Shown piece after piece: positions 9,586 through 19,906 of a DNA stretch of 64,000 bases. The stretch comes from Thermoplasmatota archaeon (GTDB taxonomy: Archaea > Thermoplasmatota > JAKEGO01). A program made the position numbers and the translations under genes. Every line of letters begins with the position of its first letter. Within the stretch, counting starts at the first letter, position 1. The DNA lies in NCBI GenBank assembly GCA_028279595.1, contig JANQNK010000004.1:32001-96000 (forward strand), given 5' to 3'. A model generated the notes under the pieces. That model was not told where the DNA came from. It searched no databases and saw only the letters and a list, made by a program, of their open reading frames with translations.

Positions 9586-10506
9586 GTGGTGGTTTGTGTA
9601 AAACGTATGTTAGCCAGCGGTGGCTTTGTCGGCGCGATCGTACTTGTGGTCGTGTTGATATTGCTCATGACATCTGAACAGGCGAGCGGGCAGACGATGA
9701 ACGAGATAATCATCAGGATTACCGAGACCAGTGGTGAGGTGGATGTCGAGCCGGGGAATCCCACCAACGGTATGTTCTACATGAACGGAACGGTCCGGAT
9801 CAAGAATCAAACAGACCCCCACATTGTTGTTACACAGACCATCTCTGCTGGCGGGTGGCCTTCGAACATTCATCCCGGTGGATTCGACTTCTGGGCTCAT
9901 GAGAGAGAGAACCGTGTCAAGCCATTCGCTGTCAGGATCAGAGCTCCAATCGGATATTCGACGAAGGTCTCTCAAAACGTCATTCTAGGGGGTTCATGGC
10001 AGGGTTCGGAAGGATTGGTGGGAGATCTCGACCAGAAGAGTTTCATCATCTTCGTCAAGCAATACTTCGCAGCTATGATCGAAGCGCCCGAACTTCACCT
10101 GACCGATGGTGGAAAACAGGTGTCAATCCCGATCTCATTATGGAATACCGGAAACGGTGTTGATGAGTTCTCTTTCAGGATCGAGAACCGGAGGTTCCTC
10201 GAAAAGAAGGGATGGACGATAGGTAGGACCGAACCTGTGGTCATCGAGGAGAAGATGAATACCAATTTCAAGATCAATGCACGAGCTCCAGAGGAGGCGG
10301 GTACGTACGAGTTCGTCTTTAACGTGACGTCTCTGGGATCGATCGAGAGGGGTGACAATTACACAAGATATTTTCTGAAGGTGTTCCACGTCAAGGTAGA
10401 GGTCGACAAGACATTGGAGATCTCATTGATGCTTATCGGAGGTTCCGCTGCAGTAACGACTGCGGTATTCTGGAGATGGAGGAAAGGGAGTTGGTCCTAT
10501 GCGTAG
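9586..10506 (+). CDS. Secreted, C-terminally membrane-anchored Ig-like protein (resembles the choice-of-anchor T family); paralog of 10689..11633
   Basis: N-terminal hydrophobic signal, VDVEPGNP..G motif, beta-rich body, C-terminal TM helix followed by basic residues (FWRWRK). Exact start uncertain. Confidence 0.75.
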   Translation: MVVCVKRMLASGGFVGAIVLVVVLILLMTSEQASGQTMNEIIIRITETSGEVDVEPGNPTNGMFYMNGTVRIKNQTDPHIVVTQTISAGGWPSNIHPGGFDFWAHERENRVKPFAVRIRAPIGYSTKVSQNVILGGSWQGSEGLVGDLDQKSFIIFVKQYFAAMIEAPELHLTDGGKQVSIPISLWNTGNGVDEFSFRIENRRFLEKKGWTIGRTEPVVIEEKMNTNFKINARAPEEAGTYEFVFNVTSLGSIERGDNYTRYFLKVFHVKVEVDKTLEISLMLIGGSAAVTTAVFWRWRKGSWSYA

Positions 10507-10688
10507 GTTATTAACAGTTTTTTAAAAATACATTCATTGTTGGTCATAGTAGGATCCTGTTGTTTCATCGGCTGGACCAATATCGGTAGGAAGCGGAGTG
10601 GGTGATCGAGGGCTGCGCCAACGGGAGAACGGCGCAGCCCTTCGATAGGTTTAAGATGAGATAGATTCTTGAATATTGGGGACCAGAC

Positions 10689-11633
10689 ATGAACCGACGC
10701 GACTTGAGGGTGTTCGCCCTGATTCTATTCGTAATAATATTCAGTCTATCGATGATGTTTTTCATACAGCCAGCGGAGGGACAGACCATCATCCCTGTTG
10801 TTAATGCACAATTCGATGATTCCTCGAAGACAGCGGACGTCGAGCCGGGAAATCCTTCCGGCGGTATTGTCAAGAACACCGGAACGATCCATTGCGATTG
10901 TGGCAGTCAGCCACAGGTGGATGTCAGCCTGACCATTTCGGCCGGAGGATGGGGTGCTGCGATAACTCCCAGCAGCATGACCTTCGTCTGGGGAGGTGAA
11001 GAAGAAAAGCCGTTCTCGGTGACGATAGCCGCACCGGAGGGCACGAGCCACAAGGTCGCCCAGAATGTCATTGTCGGGGGTTCATGGACCGGCTCTCTAG
11101 GATTGGTAGGTGACGTTGACGAAACCAGCATGATCGTTTTCGTCGAGCAGTACTTCGATTTAGTACTGGAGCTTGATGAGCCGGAATCCATCGCGCCAGG
11201 TGGAGGCGGAAACATATCATTCCAAATATTCAACCTGGGCAACGACGAGGACGATTTCATCGTTGATGTGGACAATCTGGCAGACCTCGCCCGGGACGGG
11301 TGGTCAATCCCGACCATTGGAAAACTGACCATAGAGGAAAAAGGAGCCCGGAGGATCAGTATCTATGTAAGTGCCCCCGATGAAGAGGACACATACCATT
11401 TCGAGATCACTGTGACCTCGGAGAAATCGCGGCTTGCGAATCCGGATGACGAGAGATCAGCCTCGCTCGATGTATTCGTCGAGGTCAAGAAGGGGGGGTC
11501 AGGTTCTGGAGGCGGGGGCGGTGGATCGAGTGACGACGACGATGGACTGCCTTTCCTTTCGCCATTCGAATTGATGGCAATGGTATGTGTTGTCTCGTTG
11601 GCCCATCGTCATCAAAGAAGAAGATCATCATAA
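10689..11633 (+). CDS. Secreted Ig-like protein (choice-of-anchor T-like) with Gly/Asp linker and PGF-CTERM-like tail
   Basis: Signal peptide; shares DVEPGNP, ISAGGW and QNVI(L/V)GGSW.GS.GLVGD with the upstream paralog; tail GGSGSGGGGGGSSDDDDGLPFLSPF-hydrophobic-RHQRRR. Confidence 0.8.
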   Translation: MNRRDLRVFALILFVIIFSLSMMFFIQPAEGQTIIPVVNAQFDDSSKTADVEPGNPSGGIVKNTGTIHCDCGSQPQVDVSLTISAGGWGAAITPSSMTFVWGGEEEKPFSVTIAAPEGTSHKVAQNVIVGGSWTGSLGLVGDVDETSMIVFVEQYFDLVLELDEPESIAPGGGGNISFQIFNLGNDEDDFIVDVDNLADLARDGWSIPTIGKLTIEEKGARRISIYVSAPDEEDTYHFEITVTSEKSRLANPDDERSASLDVFVEVKKGGSGSGGGGGGSSDDDDGLPFLSPFELMAMVCVVSLAHRHQRRRSS

Positions 11634-12437
11634 CTCGAACTCGGCGAATCCGTCGAAAATGGTGTGCGCCATTATCCCCTCATCAGTGTCTATAACGACA
11701 GCATGAAGTCTATCGGGACGCATGCCAGCGTTCACGGAGATCGTCCTACCGGTCTTCGTGAACCATTTCTCGGAGATGTAGGGCGCGTCGTGGATGTGTC
11801 CGTGCAATGTTATCGGAGGCTGTACCAGCCGTATGAAGTCCCGTATAGCCATGCTGCCTATGTGTCCACGGTCCGACATATCGCAATGCGTCCCGTACGG
11901 AGGGGCGTGGAAAAGGAATAACGTGTTAGGTGCATCGATCCTGTCGATCACACCGGCGAGGTCCTTCTCGATCGTGTCCGACCTGTCCGTCGGATCGAAC
12001 CTGATGTTCTTCCGCTCCGGGAACGAGACTACGCCCTCGAGGCGGTCCCATGGATTGGTCCTTGTCTCGTTGTCGAACTTCTCCCAGTCCTTGACGTCGA
12101 AGGGTGTGATGTCGACATGGGCGTAGCCGAAGACGTTGTGACCGAATAGGTCGACGTGCTGCATGTGAACATGCTCGATGTACTGTGAATCGTGGAGGAG
12201 ATGTTCGAACTCCCTCCTATCGTTGTTGCCCATCACCGCAAGGACCGGCACCCCTAGATCTTCAAGCCACGGTTCCATGAAACCTTTGAAGAACGCGTCC
12301 TGGTCCGTTGACCATCCGGCCGGGAACATGTCCCCGCCGATGAGTACGGCGTCCGCAGACTCGTCCCTAGCAAGTTCGCCGAGCTGTCCGTAGAGGTCTG
12401 CTATCCCGTGGAGGTCGGATGTGAATACGGCCCTCAT
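11628..12437 (-). CDS. Metallophosphoesterase (Icc/calcineurin-like)
   Basis: SDLHG, GGD, GNND, HAPP and HGHIH motifs. Confidence 0.9.
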   Translation of the reverse strand: MRAVFTSDLHGIADLYGQLGELARDESADAVLIGGDMFPAGWSTDQDAFFKGFMEPWLEDLGVPVLAVMGNNDRREFEHLLHDSQYIEHVHMQHVDLFGHNVFGYAHVDITPFDVKDWEKFDNETRTNPWDRLEGVVSFPERKNIRFDPTDRSDTIEKDLAGVIDRIDAPNTLFLFHAPPYGTHCDMSDRGHIGSMAIRDFIRLVQPPITLHGHIHDAPYISEKWFTKTGRTISVNAGMRPDRLHAVVIDTDEGIMAHTIFDGFAEFEL

Positions 12438-12444
12438 CTGTTCG

Positions 12445-15297
12445 TCACTCCATGTTGCCTATGAATATCGCGGGTTTGTACGGCAGAGCGTTCTTCGCCT
12501 TGCCCATCGGGTCCTCCGCCTGTCCCTCGGTCCAGACGTGGACCTTCCTGCCGAACTCCTGTGAGAGGAAGTCCGCCTCGTCGGATAACTTCTCGTTCTC
12601 GGCATCCATTCCGATGCCGTACGAGGCACGCTCCTGTATGAGGCGCTTGACGAGGGGCGGGACGACCTTTCCGTTCTTGCGGATCTCGGGGTCCGACATC
12701 ACCTTGGACATGACGTCCTGGAACTTGACCACGCCGTCGTCGACGGAATCGCGGACCGCATCGGCAAGGTGCCATTTCCAGTCGGCGGCGGTGTAGAGGT
12801 GGATGTCGCCCGGCGTGTCGCCGACCAGGCCCAGGACCTCCCTCAGGTCGTCCATGAGGTCGACGAGTACGGACTCGGCGTCGAGCGCGTCCGAGTCGAT
12901 CGAGCCAGGGTCCGGATCAGGTATCTGGCTGACAGACACGAATCCCGATCTACCGATGGTCTCCCAGACCTCCTCGGAGACGTGAGGTGCGAACACGGAG
13001 AGCATCTGTGTCGTCACCTTGATGAACTCGGAGATCACCGAGCGGTTCGGCTCGTCGCAGCGCCTGAGGTACCATCTCAGGTCTCTCTGAAGATCGTAAT
13101 ATCCCCGCTTGACACCCGCCCGGAACTCCATCAGGTCCATGTGGTCGCAGTAGTCCTCCACCGCGGAGTACAGGGCCGAACGGAACCACCGGTCGATGGC
13201 GCGTTCATCGTCGACGCCCTTTCCGTACCTTTCCTGAGCGAACTCGAGCCAAGTGTTGAACTTATCGCCTATGGTCCCGGCGAGGTCAGGATCGAAGTTC
13301 GGGTCGTCGAGCCCGTCGCCACCGTAGGCGAGCGTGAAACGGATAGCGTCGGCTGACCACTCCTCGATGGCGCTCCTCAGGGTGCGGAAGCTGCCGGAGG
13401 ACTTGCTCATCTTCTGTCCACCGATGAGTATCCATCCGTTCGTGCCGAACCCGCGGGGCCAGTGCTCCTGGGGGAAGATTGCGGTGTGGTTGAATATCGT
13501 GAACGAAAGGTGGTTCTGGATGAGGTCCTTCCCGGAGACCCGGAGGTCGAAGGGATACCAGTAGAGGAACTCCTCGCGCATGCGCTCGACGGTGTCGATC
13601 TCGGTGCCTGTCTCCATGGCGACCGTCGCGGCATCGCTCTTTCCGAGGAAGACATGGTCGAACAGCGAGTCGGTGAGTGCAGCCTCCGGAAGATCTGTGA
13701 TGATGTGTGATATCGTGTAGTACGCCATGTAGATGGTCGAGTCCGACAGGGATTCCACCATCCAGTTGTCGTCCCACGGCAGCTTGGTGCCGAGGCCGAG
13801 CTCGCGGGTGCAGGCCCAGTCGCGCAGCCAGCCGAGGACGTGCTCGAACTGCTTCCGGGCGACTTCGGGGTACAGGTTCATCCCGGCCAGGCATTCCCTC
13901 GCCCGTGCCTTCCAGTCGTGATCGCCGTACGCGATGAACCACTGGTCATCGACGACCTTGACTATGGACGGTGTCAAACATCGGCAGACCACTGGGTTGG
14001 AGAGCTCGAACATGAGAGCTGCTTCGCCTTTCTCCAGCATCTCGTCCCGGATCCGGTCCTTCGCCTCCTCGACGGGCATGCCAGCGTACTCACCTGCGAC
14101 CTCCCTCATGACGCCGGTGTAGAAACCGGACCTGTAGATGACGTGCTTAGCCTCAAGGAGCTTGTCCCGCTCCGTCTGGTCCTTGATCCCCATCCTCTCG
14201 ACGATCTCTCCAGCCGGGAAGTCACCCCAACCCTCGGAGGTTATTATCGCGATCGGTTCGACGGACCTGACCATCTCCGGGTCCAATCCATACCGATCCA
14301 TCCCGGCTTCGTCGGCCTTGATGTCGACGAGCGCGATCCAGTCGTCGGGAGCGTCCGACGGAACGGATGTCACTATTCCGGTCCCCTTCTCGGGATCGCA
14401 GAACGAGGACGGAAGTATCGGAATCGGCCGCCTGATCATCGGTGCGACGGCCTCCTTTCCCAGGAGTTGGGAGCCGAACACGGAGCCGACGGTCGCCACC
14501 TCGTGCTTCTGTTCAGATAGCTTCTGGGCGGCCTGCTTCGATAGTATCCACACCTCGCCGTCGACGTCCGCCTTGACGTACTCCTCCTCGGGATCGACCC
14601 AGAGGTTGGTCTGTCCGAAGACCGTCTCCGGCCTCAACGTCGCTGCGACGATGTACTCTCCATCTATCTCGAACTTGAGAAGGACGAACTCCTGGGGCAT
14701 CTCGCCCTCGCCCTCGATCCTGGCGTGGTCGCCGACTGGTGAGTTGTCATGGGTGCACCAGACCACCGGGTGCCTGCCCTTGCGGACCAATCCCTGTTCA
14801 TGGAGCCGATTGAACTGCCACCTGATGAAAGCGTCGTAGGCCGGGTTCAGGGATGTGGTCATGAACTTCCGGCGCCAGTCCACCGACACGCCGAGCCGGT
14901 TGAGGTCGCGCTCCGCCTCGATCGGAAAGTACTCGACCCAGTGGAGCGGATCGCTGAACGCGGACAACTCGTCCTCGGGTATGTCCATCGACCGGAGGAT
15001 GTTCATCTGGGACTCCTCGCCGTCCGCCACCCTTCCCGCCGCCGCCACGATAGGGGTGCCGGTCGCGTGGAAAGCGTACGGAAATAGGACATTGTACCCG
15101 CGAAGCCGCTTGTACCTGGCCATGAACTCGGTCCTCGAGTAGGTGAGCGTGTGACCGATGTGCAGGAGGCCGTTGATGTACGGATAGGGCACGTTGAGGA
15201 AGTACTTCTCCCCGTTGCCCGGCTCCGCCTCGAAGACGCGCTCCTCGCGCCATCGTTCCTGCCATTTCAGCTCCATTTCGGCCGTGTTCATCGCCAT
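12445..15297 (-). CDS. leuS: Leucine--tRNA ligase, archaeal type
   Basis: YPYINGLLHIGH and KMSKS motifs, CP1 ATLRPET, GTGIVTSVPSDAPDD, WMVESLSDSTIYMAYY. Start moved from 15501 to the ATG at 15297, which has a TTTAAA box ~25 nt upstream. Confidence 0.97.
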   Translation of the reverse strand: MAMNTAEMELKWQERWREERVFEAEPGNGEKYFLNVPYPYINGLLHIGHTLTYSRTEFMARYKRLRGYNVLFPYAFHATGTPIVAAAGRVADGEESQMNILRSMDIPEDELSAFSDPLHWVEYFPIEAERDLNRLGVSVDWRRKFMTTSLNPAYDAFIRWQFNRLHEQGLVRKGRHPVVWCTHDNSPVGDHARIEGEGEMPQEFVLLKFEIDGEYIVAATLRPETVFGQTNLWVDPEEEYVKADVDGEVWILSKQAAQKLSEQKHEVATVGSVFGSQLLGKEAVAPMIRRPIPILPSSFCDPEKGTGIVTSVPSDAPDDWIALVDIKADEAGMDRYGLDPEMVRSVEPIAIITSEGWGDFPAGEIVERMGIKDQTERDKLLEAKHVIYRSGFYTGVMREVAGEYAGMPVEEAKDRIRDEMLEKGEAALMFELSNPVVCRCLTPSIVKVVDDQWFIAYGDHDWKARARECLAGMNLYPEVARKQFEHVLGWLRDWACTRELGLGTKLPWDDNWMVESLSDSTIYMAYYTISHIITDLPEAALTDSLFDHVFLGKSDAATVAMETGTEIDTVERMREEFLYWYPFDLRVSGKDLIQNHLSFTIFNHTAIFPQEHWPRGFGTNGWILIGGQKMSKSSGSFRTLRSAIEEWSADAIRFTLAYGGDGLDDPNFDPDLAGTIGDKFNTWLEFAQERYGKGVDDERAIDRWFRSALYSAVEDYCDHMDLMEFRAGVKRGYYDLQRDLRWYLRRCDEPNRSVISEFIKVTTQMLSVFAPHVSEEVWETIGRSGFVSVSQIPDPDPGSIDSDALDAESVLVDLMDDLREVLGLVGDTPGDIHLYTAADWKWHLADAVRDSVDDGVVKFQDVMSKVMSDPEIRKNGKVVPPLVKRLIQERASYGIGMDAENEKLSDEADFLSQEFGRKVHVWTEGQAEDPMGKAKNALPYKPAIFIGNME

Positions 15298-15570
15298 CGT
15301 ACCGTGAAGGCGGAACCTGACATTTAAAGATGGTCCTCCTACCGACCATATCTTATCCCGACTGGTCAACCGCGTGGAGGACAGGTAGACTCGGATACCA
15401 TCACCATCATGGGTGTTGCGCGTTGAGGCCCGAACGATCCGGCCTCGAGCGCGTTTTCCAAGGGATCGATGTTGGTCCCCGGAGGATCGGGAATGGTCCA
15501 CATGGAGGGTCCCACGCTGCCAGTATTATTTTCGTATATCGGCCTGTAAGTGCCGGAGAACCGCAGGTTC

Positions 15571-15578
15571 TTTATAAA
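15571..15578 (+). promoter_or_regulatory. TATA box (TTTATAAA) for cdc48, probably leaderless mRNA
   Basis: Canonical archaeal TATA ending 21 nt before ATG 15600. Confidence 0.6.
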
Positions 15579-15599
15579 TGAATGCCGTTTCGGATATCG

Positions 15600-17780
15600 A
15601 TGACGATCTCTCTTCGCGTCAAGGAAGCTCATTCTGCGGACCCCGGATATTCCCGTGCTAGGATCGACCAGGACACGAGGGAGAAACTGGGCGTGAAGCT
15701 CGGTGATCCCATCGTGATCGAGGGCGTAAGGTCCACCAGCGCGGTGGCCCACCGCCTCTTCCCGGACGAGGAGGGGCGCGGGATCATCAGGATGGACGGA
15801 ATATTGAGGAAGAACGCCGGGGTATCGGTGGACGATGCCGTGACCGTCAAGACCGTCGAGGCAACGGATGCCAAATCGGTCACCCTGGCATTCTATCAGA
15901 CCGTGCCGGACGTCACCGTGGACGACGAGTTCCTGGGCTACGTCAAGAGGAACCTCCTCCAGAGGCCGATGATGGAGGGCGATGTCGTCGCGTTCCCGAT
16001 ATCGGCGTTCAACGCCCGGGTGCTTCCCTTCAGGGTCATGACGACGGAGCCAGAGGGAGTCGTCCTGCTCACCAAGGATACGGAACTGTCGATCCAGAAG
16101 GAGGCGGAGCTCGAGGAGGAGGAGCGCGGCGTCGGCATCACCTACGAGGAGATCGGCGGCCTGAAGGACGAACTCATGCGTGTAAGGGAGATGATCGAGT
16201 TCCCGCTCAAGAGGCCCGAACTGTTCAGGCGCCTCGGCATCGATCCTCCGAGAGGGGTCCTGCTGTACGGTCCGCCAGGCACTGGCAAGACGCTGATGGC
16301 GAAGGCGGTAGCGAACGAATCAGGAGCAACCTTCTTCCTCATACAAGGTCCAGAGATAGTTTCCAAGTACTACGGAGAGAGCGAGGAGCATCTGAGACGG
16401 AAGTTCGAAATGGCCGAGGAGCACGCCCCCGCCATCATTTTCATCGACGAGATCGATTCCATCGCGCCCAAGAGGGCCGAATCCTCCGGCGAACTGGAGA
16501 GGCGCGTCGTCGCCCAGTTGCTGACCCTGATGGACGGCATGGTCGGCCGCGGCCAGGTCATAGTCATCGGCGCCACGAACCGTGTGGACGCCATCGATCC
16601 AGCGCTTCGCCGTCCGGGACGTTTCGACCGGGAGATAATGATCGGTGTGCCCGACAAGATCGGCAGGAAGGAGATCCTCGAGATCCACACCAGGGGGATG
16701 CCCCTCACCGAGGACTTCGACCTCGAGAAGATCGAGGACATCACACACGGCTTTACGGGAGCGGACCTCTCGGCGCTTAGCCGCGAGGCCGCCATGAGGG
16801 CGCTCAGAAGGCTTTTGCCCACCATCGACGTCAACCAGTCCATCCCGCCGAAGGTCCTGGAGGACCTCCACGTGTCGATGGACGACTTCATCGAGGCGCT
16901 CAAGGGGATCGAGCCATCAGCCCTTAGGTCGTTCTACGTCGAGCTCCCTGACGTCGGGTGGTCATCCATAGGAGGACTGGACGAGGTCATCGAGGACATC
17001 AAGGAGGCCGTGGAATGGCCGTTGGAGAAACCGGAGGTCTTCACCGACATGGGTGTCAAGCCTCCCAGCGGTATCCTCCTTTTCGGACCTCCAGGCACCG
17101 GAAAGACCCTGATGGCCAAGGCCGCTGCGAACGAGGTCAAGGCCAATTTCATCCCCGTCCGGGGACCCGAGGTCATGTCCAAGTGGGTCGGTGAGTCCGA
17201 GAAGGCAATCCGGGAGATCTTCAAGCTCGCAAGGATGGCATCGCCGTCGATCATATTGCTGGACGAGCTGGACGCCCTCGCACCATCGAGGGGATTGGGT
17301 GCCGGCAGGGCCCACGAGCAGGTCGTCAACCAGCTGCTGTCCTCCCTGGACGGACTGGAGCAGATGAAGGGCGTCGTCGTCATCGGAACGACAAACCGAC
17401 CCGACATCATCGATCCGGCGCTTCTCCGAGCTGGCCGGTTCGACAGGCGTATCTACGTCAGACCGCCCGGCCTGGACGGAAGGAGGAAGATAATCGAGAT
17501 CCACACCAAGGACATGCCCAAGAAGGGCGTGGACATCGACGCCCTGGCCGCAAGGACCGACGGTTATGTCGGAGCCGACATCGAGGCCGCATGCAGGGAG
17601 GCGGGGATGATGGCCCTCAAGGACAATGTCAAGACGGTCAAGATGGCCCACTTCGAGGCCGCGTTCGACCGGATAGGCCCCTCGATGGACGATTCGACCA
17701 CGAATTTCTACGAGAAGATAGCCGGGGAACTCGAGGGAATGGGCCGCCGCGTCAAGGACGACGTCGAGGGATATCATTAG
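15600..17780 (+). CDS. cdc48: CDC48/VAT family AAA+ ATPase
   Basis: N-domain (IIRMDGILRKNAGVS), two AAA modules with GPPGTGKT, DEID/DELD and ALRRPGRFDR / ALLRAGRFDR. Confidence 0.96.
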   Translation: MTISLRVKEAHSADPGYSRARIDQDTREKLGVKLGDPIVIEGVRSTSAVAHRLFPDEEGRGIIRMDGILRKNAGVSVDDAVTVKTVEATDAKSVTLAFYQTVPDVTVDDEFLGYVKRNLLQRPMMEGDVVAFPISAFNARVLPFRVMTTEPEGVVLLTKDTELSIQKEAELEEEERGVGITYEEIGGLKDELMRVREMIEFPLKRPELFRRLGIDPPRGVLLYGPPGTGKTLMAKAVANESGATFFLIQGPEIVSKYYGESEEHLRRKFEMAEEHAPAIIFIDEIDSIAPKRAESSGELERRVVAQLLTLMDGMVGRGQVIVIGATNRVDAIDPALRRPGRFDREIMIGVPDKIGRKEILEIHTRGMPLTEDFDLEKIEDITHGFTGADLSALSREAAMRALRRLLPTIDVNQSIPPKVLEDLHVSMDDFIEALKGIEPSALRSFYVELPDVGWSSIGGLDEVIEDIKEAVEWPLEKPEVFTDMGVKPPSGILLFGPPGTGKTLMAKAAANEVKANFIPVRGPEVMSKWVGESEKAIREIFKLARMASPSIILLDELDALAPSRGLGAGRAHEQVVNQLLSSLDGLEQMKGVVVIGTTNRPDIIDPALLRAGRFDRRIYVRPPGLDGRRKIIEIHTKDMPKKGVDIDALAARTDGYVGADIEAACREAGMMALKDNVKTVKMAHFEAAFDRIGPSMDDSTTNFYEKIAGELEGMGRRVKDDVEGYH

Positions 17781-17836
17781 CCGTATACCAGTCCCAAAGC
17801 AACCTTTAAATCCATCAACCCAATGCGCAGAGTACC

Positions 17837-19906
17837 ATGGGTAAGGTATTCAAATCACCGTATCGGAGACCACCGACCCCCGAGGGGCTGCACAAGATCG
17901 AGAACAACACGATGGAGTGGTTCGACATCGAGATGTACTCGAACTTCAACACGGGTGTTCTCGAGCAGTACTTCGAGGAGAAGAATAAGTCCGACGGCTT
18001 CCATCGCAGTACATGGACATGGTGGAAGATCATCGTCGGCATCATCGTCGGAACCCTCTTCGCCGCCATCAACCAGTACGTCGGCCTGAAGGTCGGCATG
18101 GTCATCGGCGGTTCGTGGTACATATCCTACCTCATAGGTATGGGGCTGTTCTGGAAGCCCACCGAGATCAATCTATCCAGCGGCGCATCCACGGGTGCGT
18201 CGATGATCTGCACGGGATTCGTCTTCACGTTCCCTGCGATGTACATCCTGGCCTACGAGGACGGTTACATCTCGACAGGTTCGTTCCCGCCGATGTACGT
18301 GCCCATCACGGCAACGATCTTCGCCGGGTTCCTGGGCGTGATGTACTTCATCATCTTCAGGCGTGTCTGGCTCGTAGAGGACCCGCTCCCCATGCCCACC
18401 TTCGAGGCATGGGTCCAGCTCCTCGACATCGCGAACGACGTGTCGGAAGGAGAAGCGTCGAGAGCGAAGGAGACCATCAGAAAGGTGTCCATGATGGGAC
18501 TCCTGTCAGGTGGTTTCACATTCCTCAGGGACTTCCCGATAATGGAGAACAACCACAAGGACATCTTTCAGTCACACACGGCGGCAGGGACATCCTACGA
18601 TGAGCACATCTCGGTAATGGACCACTACTTCGCCGGCGATCACTACGATATAGGCGACGTCCACCAGCCCTACGCGAGCGCGGAGTACACGTGGATCGAC
18701 TTCCAGCTCTCGCCGATGCTGATCGCGACGGGATGGTTCATGAGGTGGAGGGCCGCCCTCCTGGTCTCGCTTGGCACGCTCTTCACATGGTTCGTCGTCG
18801 TACCGATAGCAGTCCATCACGGGATGCCCGTCGTGATCGAGGGGCTCACATACAATGTCCGGGACCTCGATCCTCCAGCCCTCACCGCTGCGGGTCAGGT
18901 CGCCAGGATAATGGCGATAGGGGCCATCCTCGGCGGTGGATTGACGGGGCTAGCAAAGATGGCACCCGTGTTCAAGACGGCAACCGCTGACCTCAGGAAG
19001 ATCAAGGGCGGCGGGGGAGGCGCGACCTCGGAGTTCATACCTGGACTCGGGTGGTACGAGTGGCCCATGTCCCATATCCTGGTCATGACGGTCGTGACGT
19101 TCTTCGGTGTCTCGATCGCCTTCATTTCCGCAGGGTATCCGGCACCCCAGGTACTCATGCTGTCACTCCTGCTCGTATCGCTCACCTTCTTCCTCGGGGC
19201 GATAGCGGTCAAGGTAATGGGCGAGACGTCGATCGAGCCGGTGTCAGGCACCAGCTTCATCGTACTGCTCATGCTCGTCGGTGTCTTCAAACTCATGGGC
19301 ACATCGAGGACCGAAACGGTCATACTGGCGATCATCGGCACCACCGTGTTCGGCGGCGCCATCTCGATGTCCGGCGACATCATACTCGACTTCAAGAACT
19401 CACTCTACATAGGCAATCGGCCCTACCAGCAGATGCGGGCCGAGATCCTCGGCATCATCCCGGGCGCGATAATCGCGGGTGTCTTCGCGATGATCTTCTC
19501 GGAACAGCTCGCAAAGGGCGAATTGAACCTCATCGCCCCGCAGGCCCACGCGTTCGCGTTCTTCACCAAGATGCTTGTAGGAGGCGATGTCAATCTGACG
19601 ATCTTCGCTCTGGGCTTCTGCATAGGCATCTTCATGGAACTGCTCACCGGCATGGGTACGGCGTTCGGTCTGGGGATGTACTTCCCGCTCGGACTGGCGT
19701 TCCCGCTGATGCTCGGGGGTGGCATGCGCGACCTGTGGCAGGAGAAGGTCTTCGAGAAGCAGGCGAAGGAGGAGAACTGGAGCGAGAGGACGAAGACACT
19801 TAAGCTCCTGGACACATACATGCTTGCGACAGGATTGATCATAGGCGAAGCCCTTGTCGGGACCATCGTCGCGATCTTCCTGTTCACCGTACCGGGGTGG
19901 GTATGA
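17837..19906 (+). CDS. OPT/YSL family oligopeptide transporter
   Basis: NQYVGLKVG, GFVFTFPA, GETSIEPVS, APQA and AFGLGMYFP motifs; many TM helices. Confidence 0.88.
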   Translation: MGKVFKSPYRRPPTPEGLHKIENNTMEWFDIEMYSNFNTGVLEQYFEEKNKSDGFHRSTWTWWKIIVGIIVGTLFAAINQYVGLKVGMVIGGSWYISYLIGMGLFWKPTEINLSSGASTGASMICTGFVFTFPAMYILAYEDGYISTGSFPPMYVPITATIFAGFLGVMYFIIFRRVWLVEDPLPMPTFEAWVQLLDIANDVSEGEASRAKETIRKVSMMGLLSGGFTFLRDFPIMENNHKDIFQSHTAAGTSYDEHISVMDHYFAGDHYDIGDVHQPYASAEYTWIDFQLSPMLIATGWFMRWRAALLVSLGTLFTWFVVVPIAVHHGMPVVIEGLTYNVRDLDPPALTAAGQVARIMAIGAILGGGLTGLAKMAPVFKTATADLRKIKGGGGGATSEFIPGLGWYEWPMSHILVMTVVTFFGVSIAFISAGYPAPQVLMLSLLLVSLTFFLGAIAVKVMGETSIEPVSGTSFIVLLMLVGVFKLMGTSRTETVILAIIGTTVFGGAISMSGDIILDFKNSLYIGNRPYQQMRAEILGIIPGAIIAGVFAMIFSEQLAKGELNLIAPQAHAFAFFTKMLVGGDVNLTIFALGFCIGIFMELLTGMGTAFGLGMYFPLGLAFPLMLGGGMRDLWQEKVFEKQAKEENWSERTKTLKLLDTYMLATGLIIGEALVGTIVAIFLFTVPGWV

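Noticed and set aside
15298-15501. 68-aa N-terminal extension of LeuRS
   Set aside because: A TATA box lies within it and LeuRS homology starts at ~15297; similar over-extended starts were corrected for purQ, tsaA, nadX and purF
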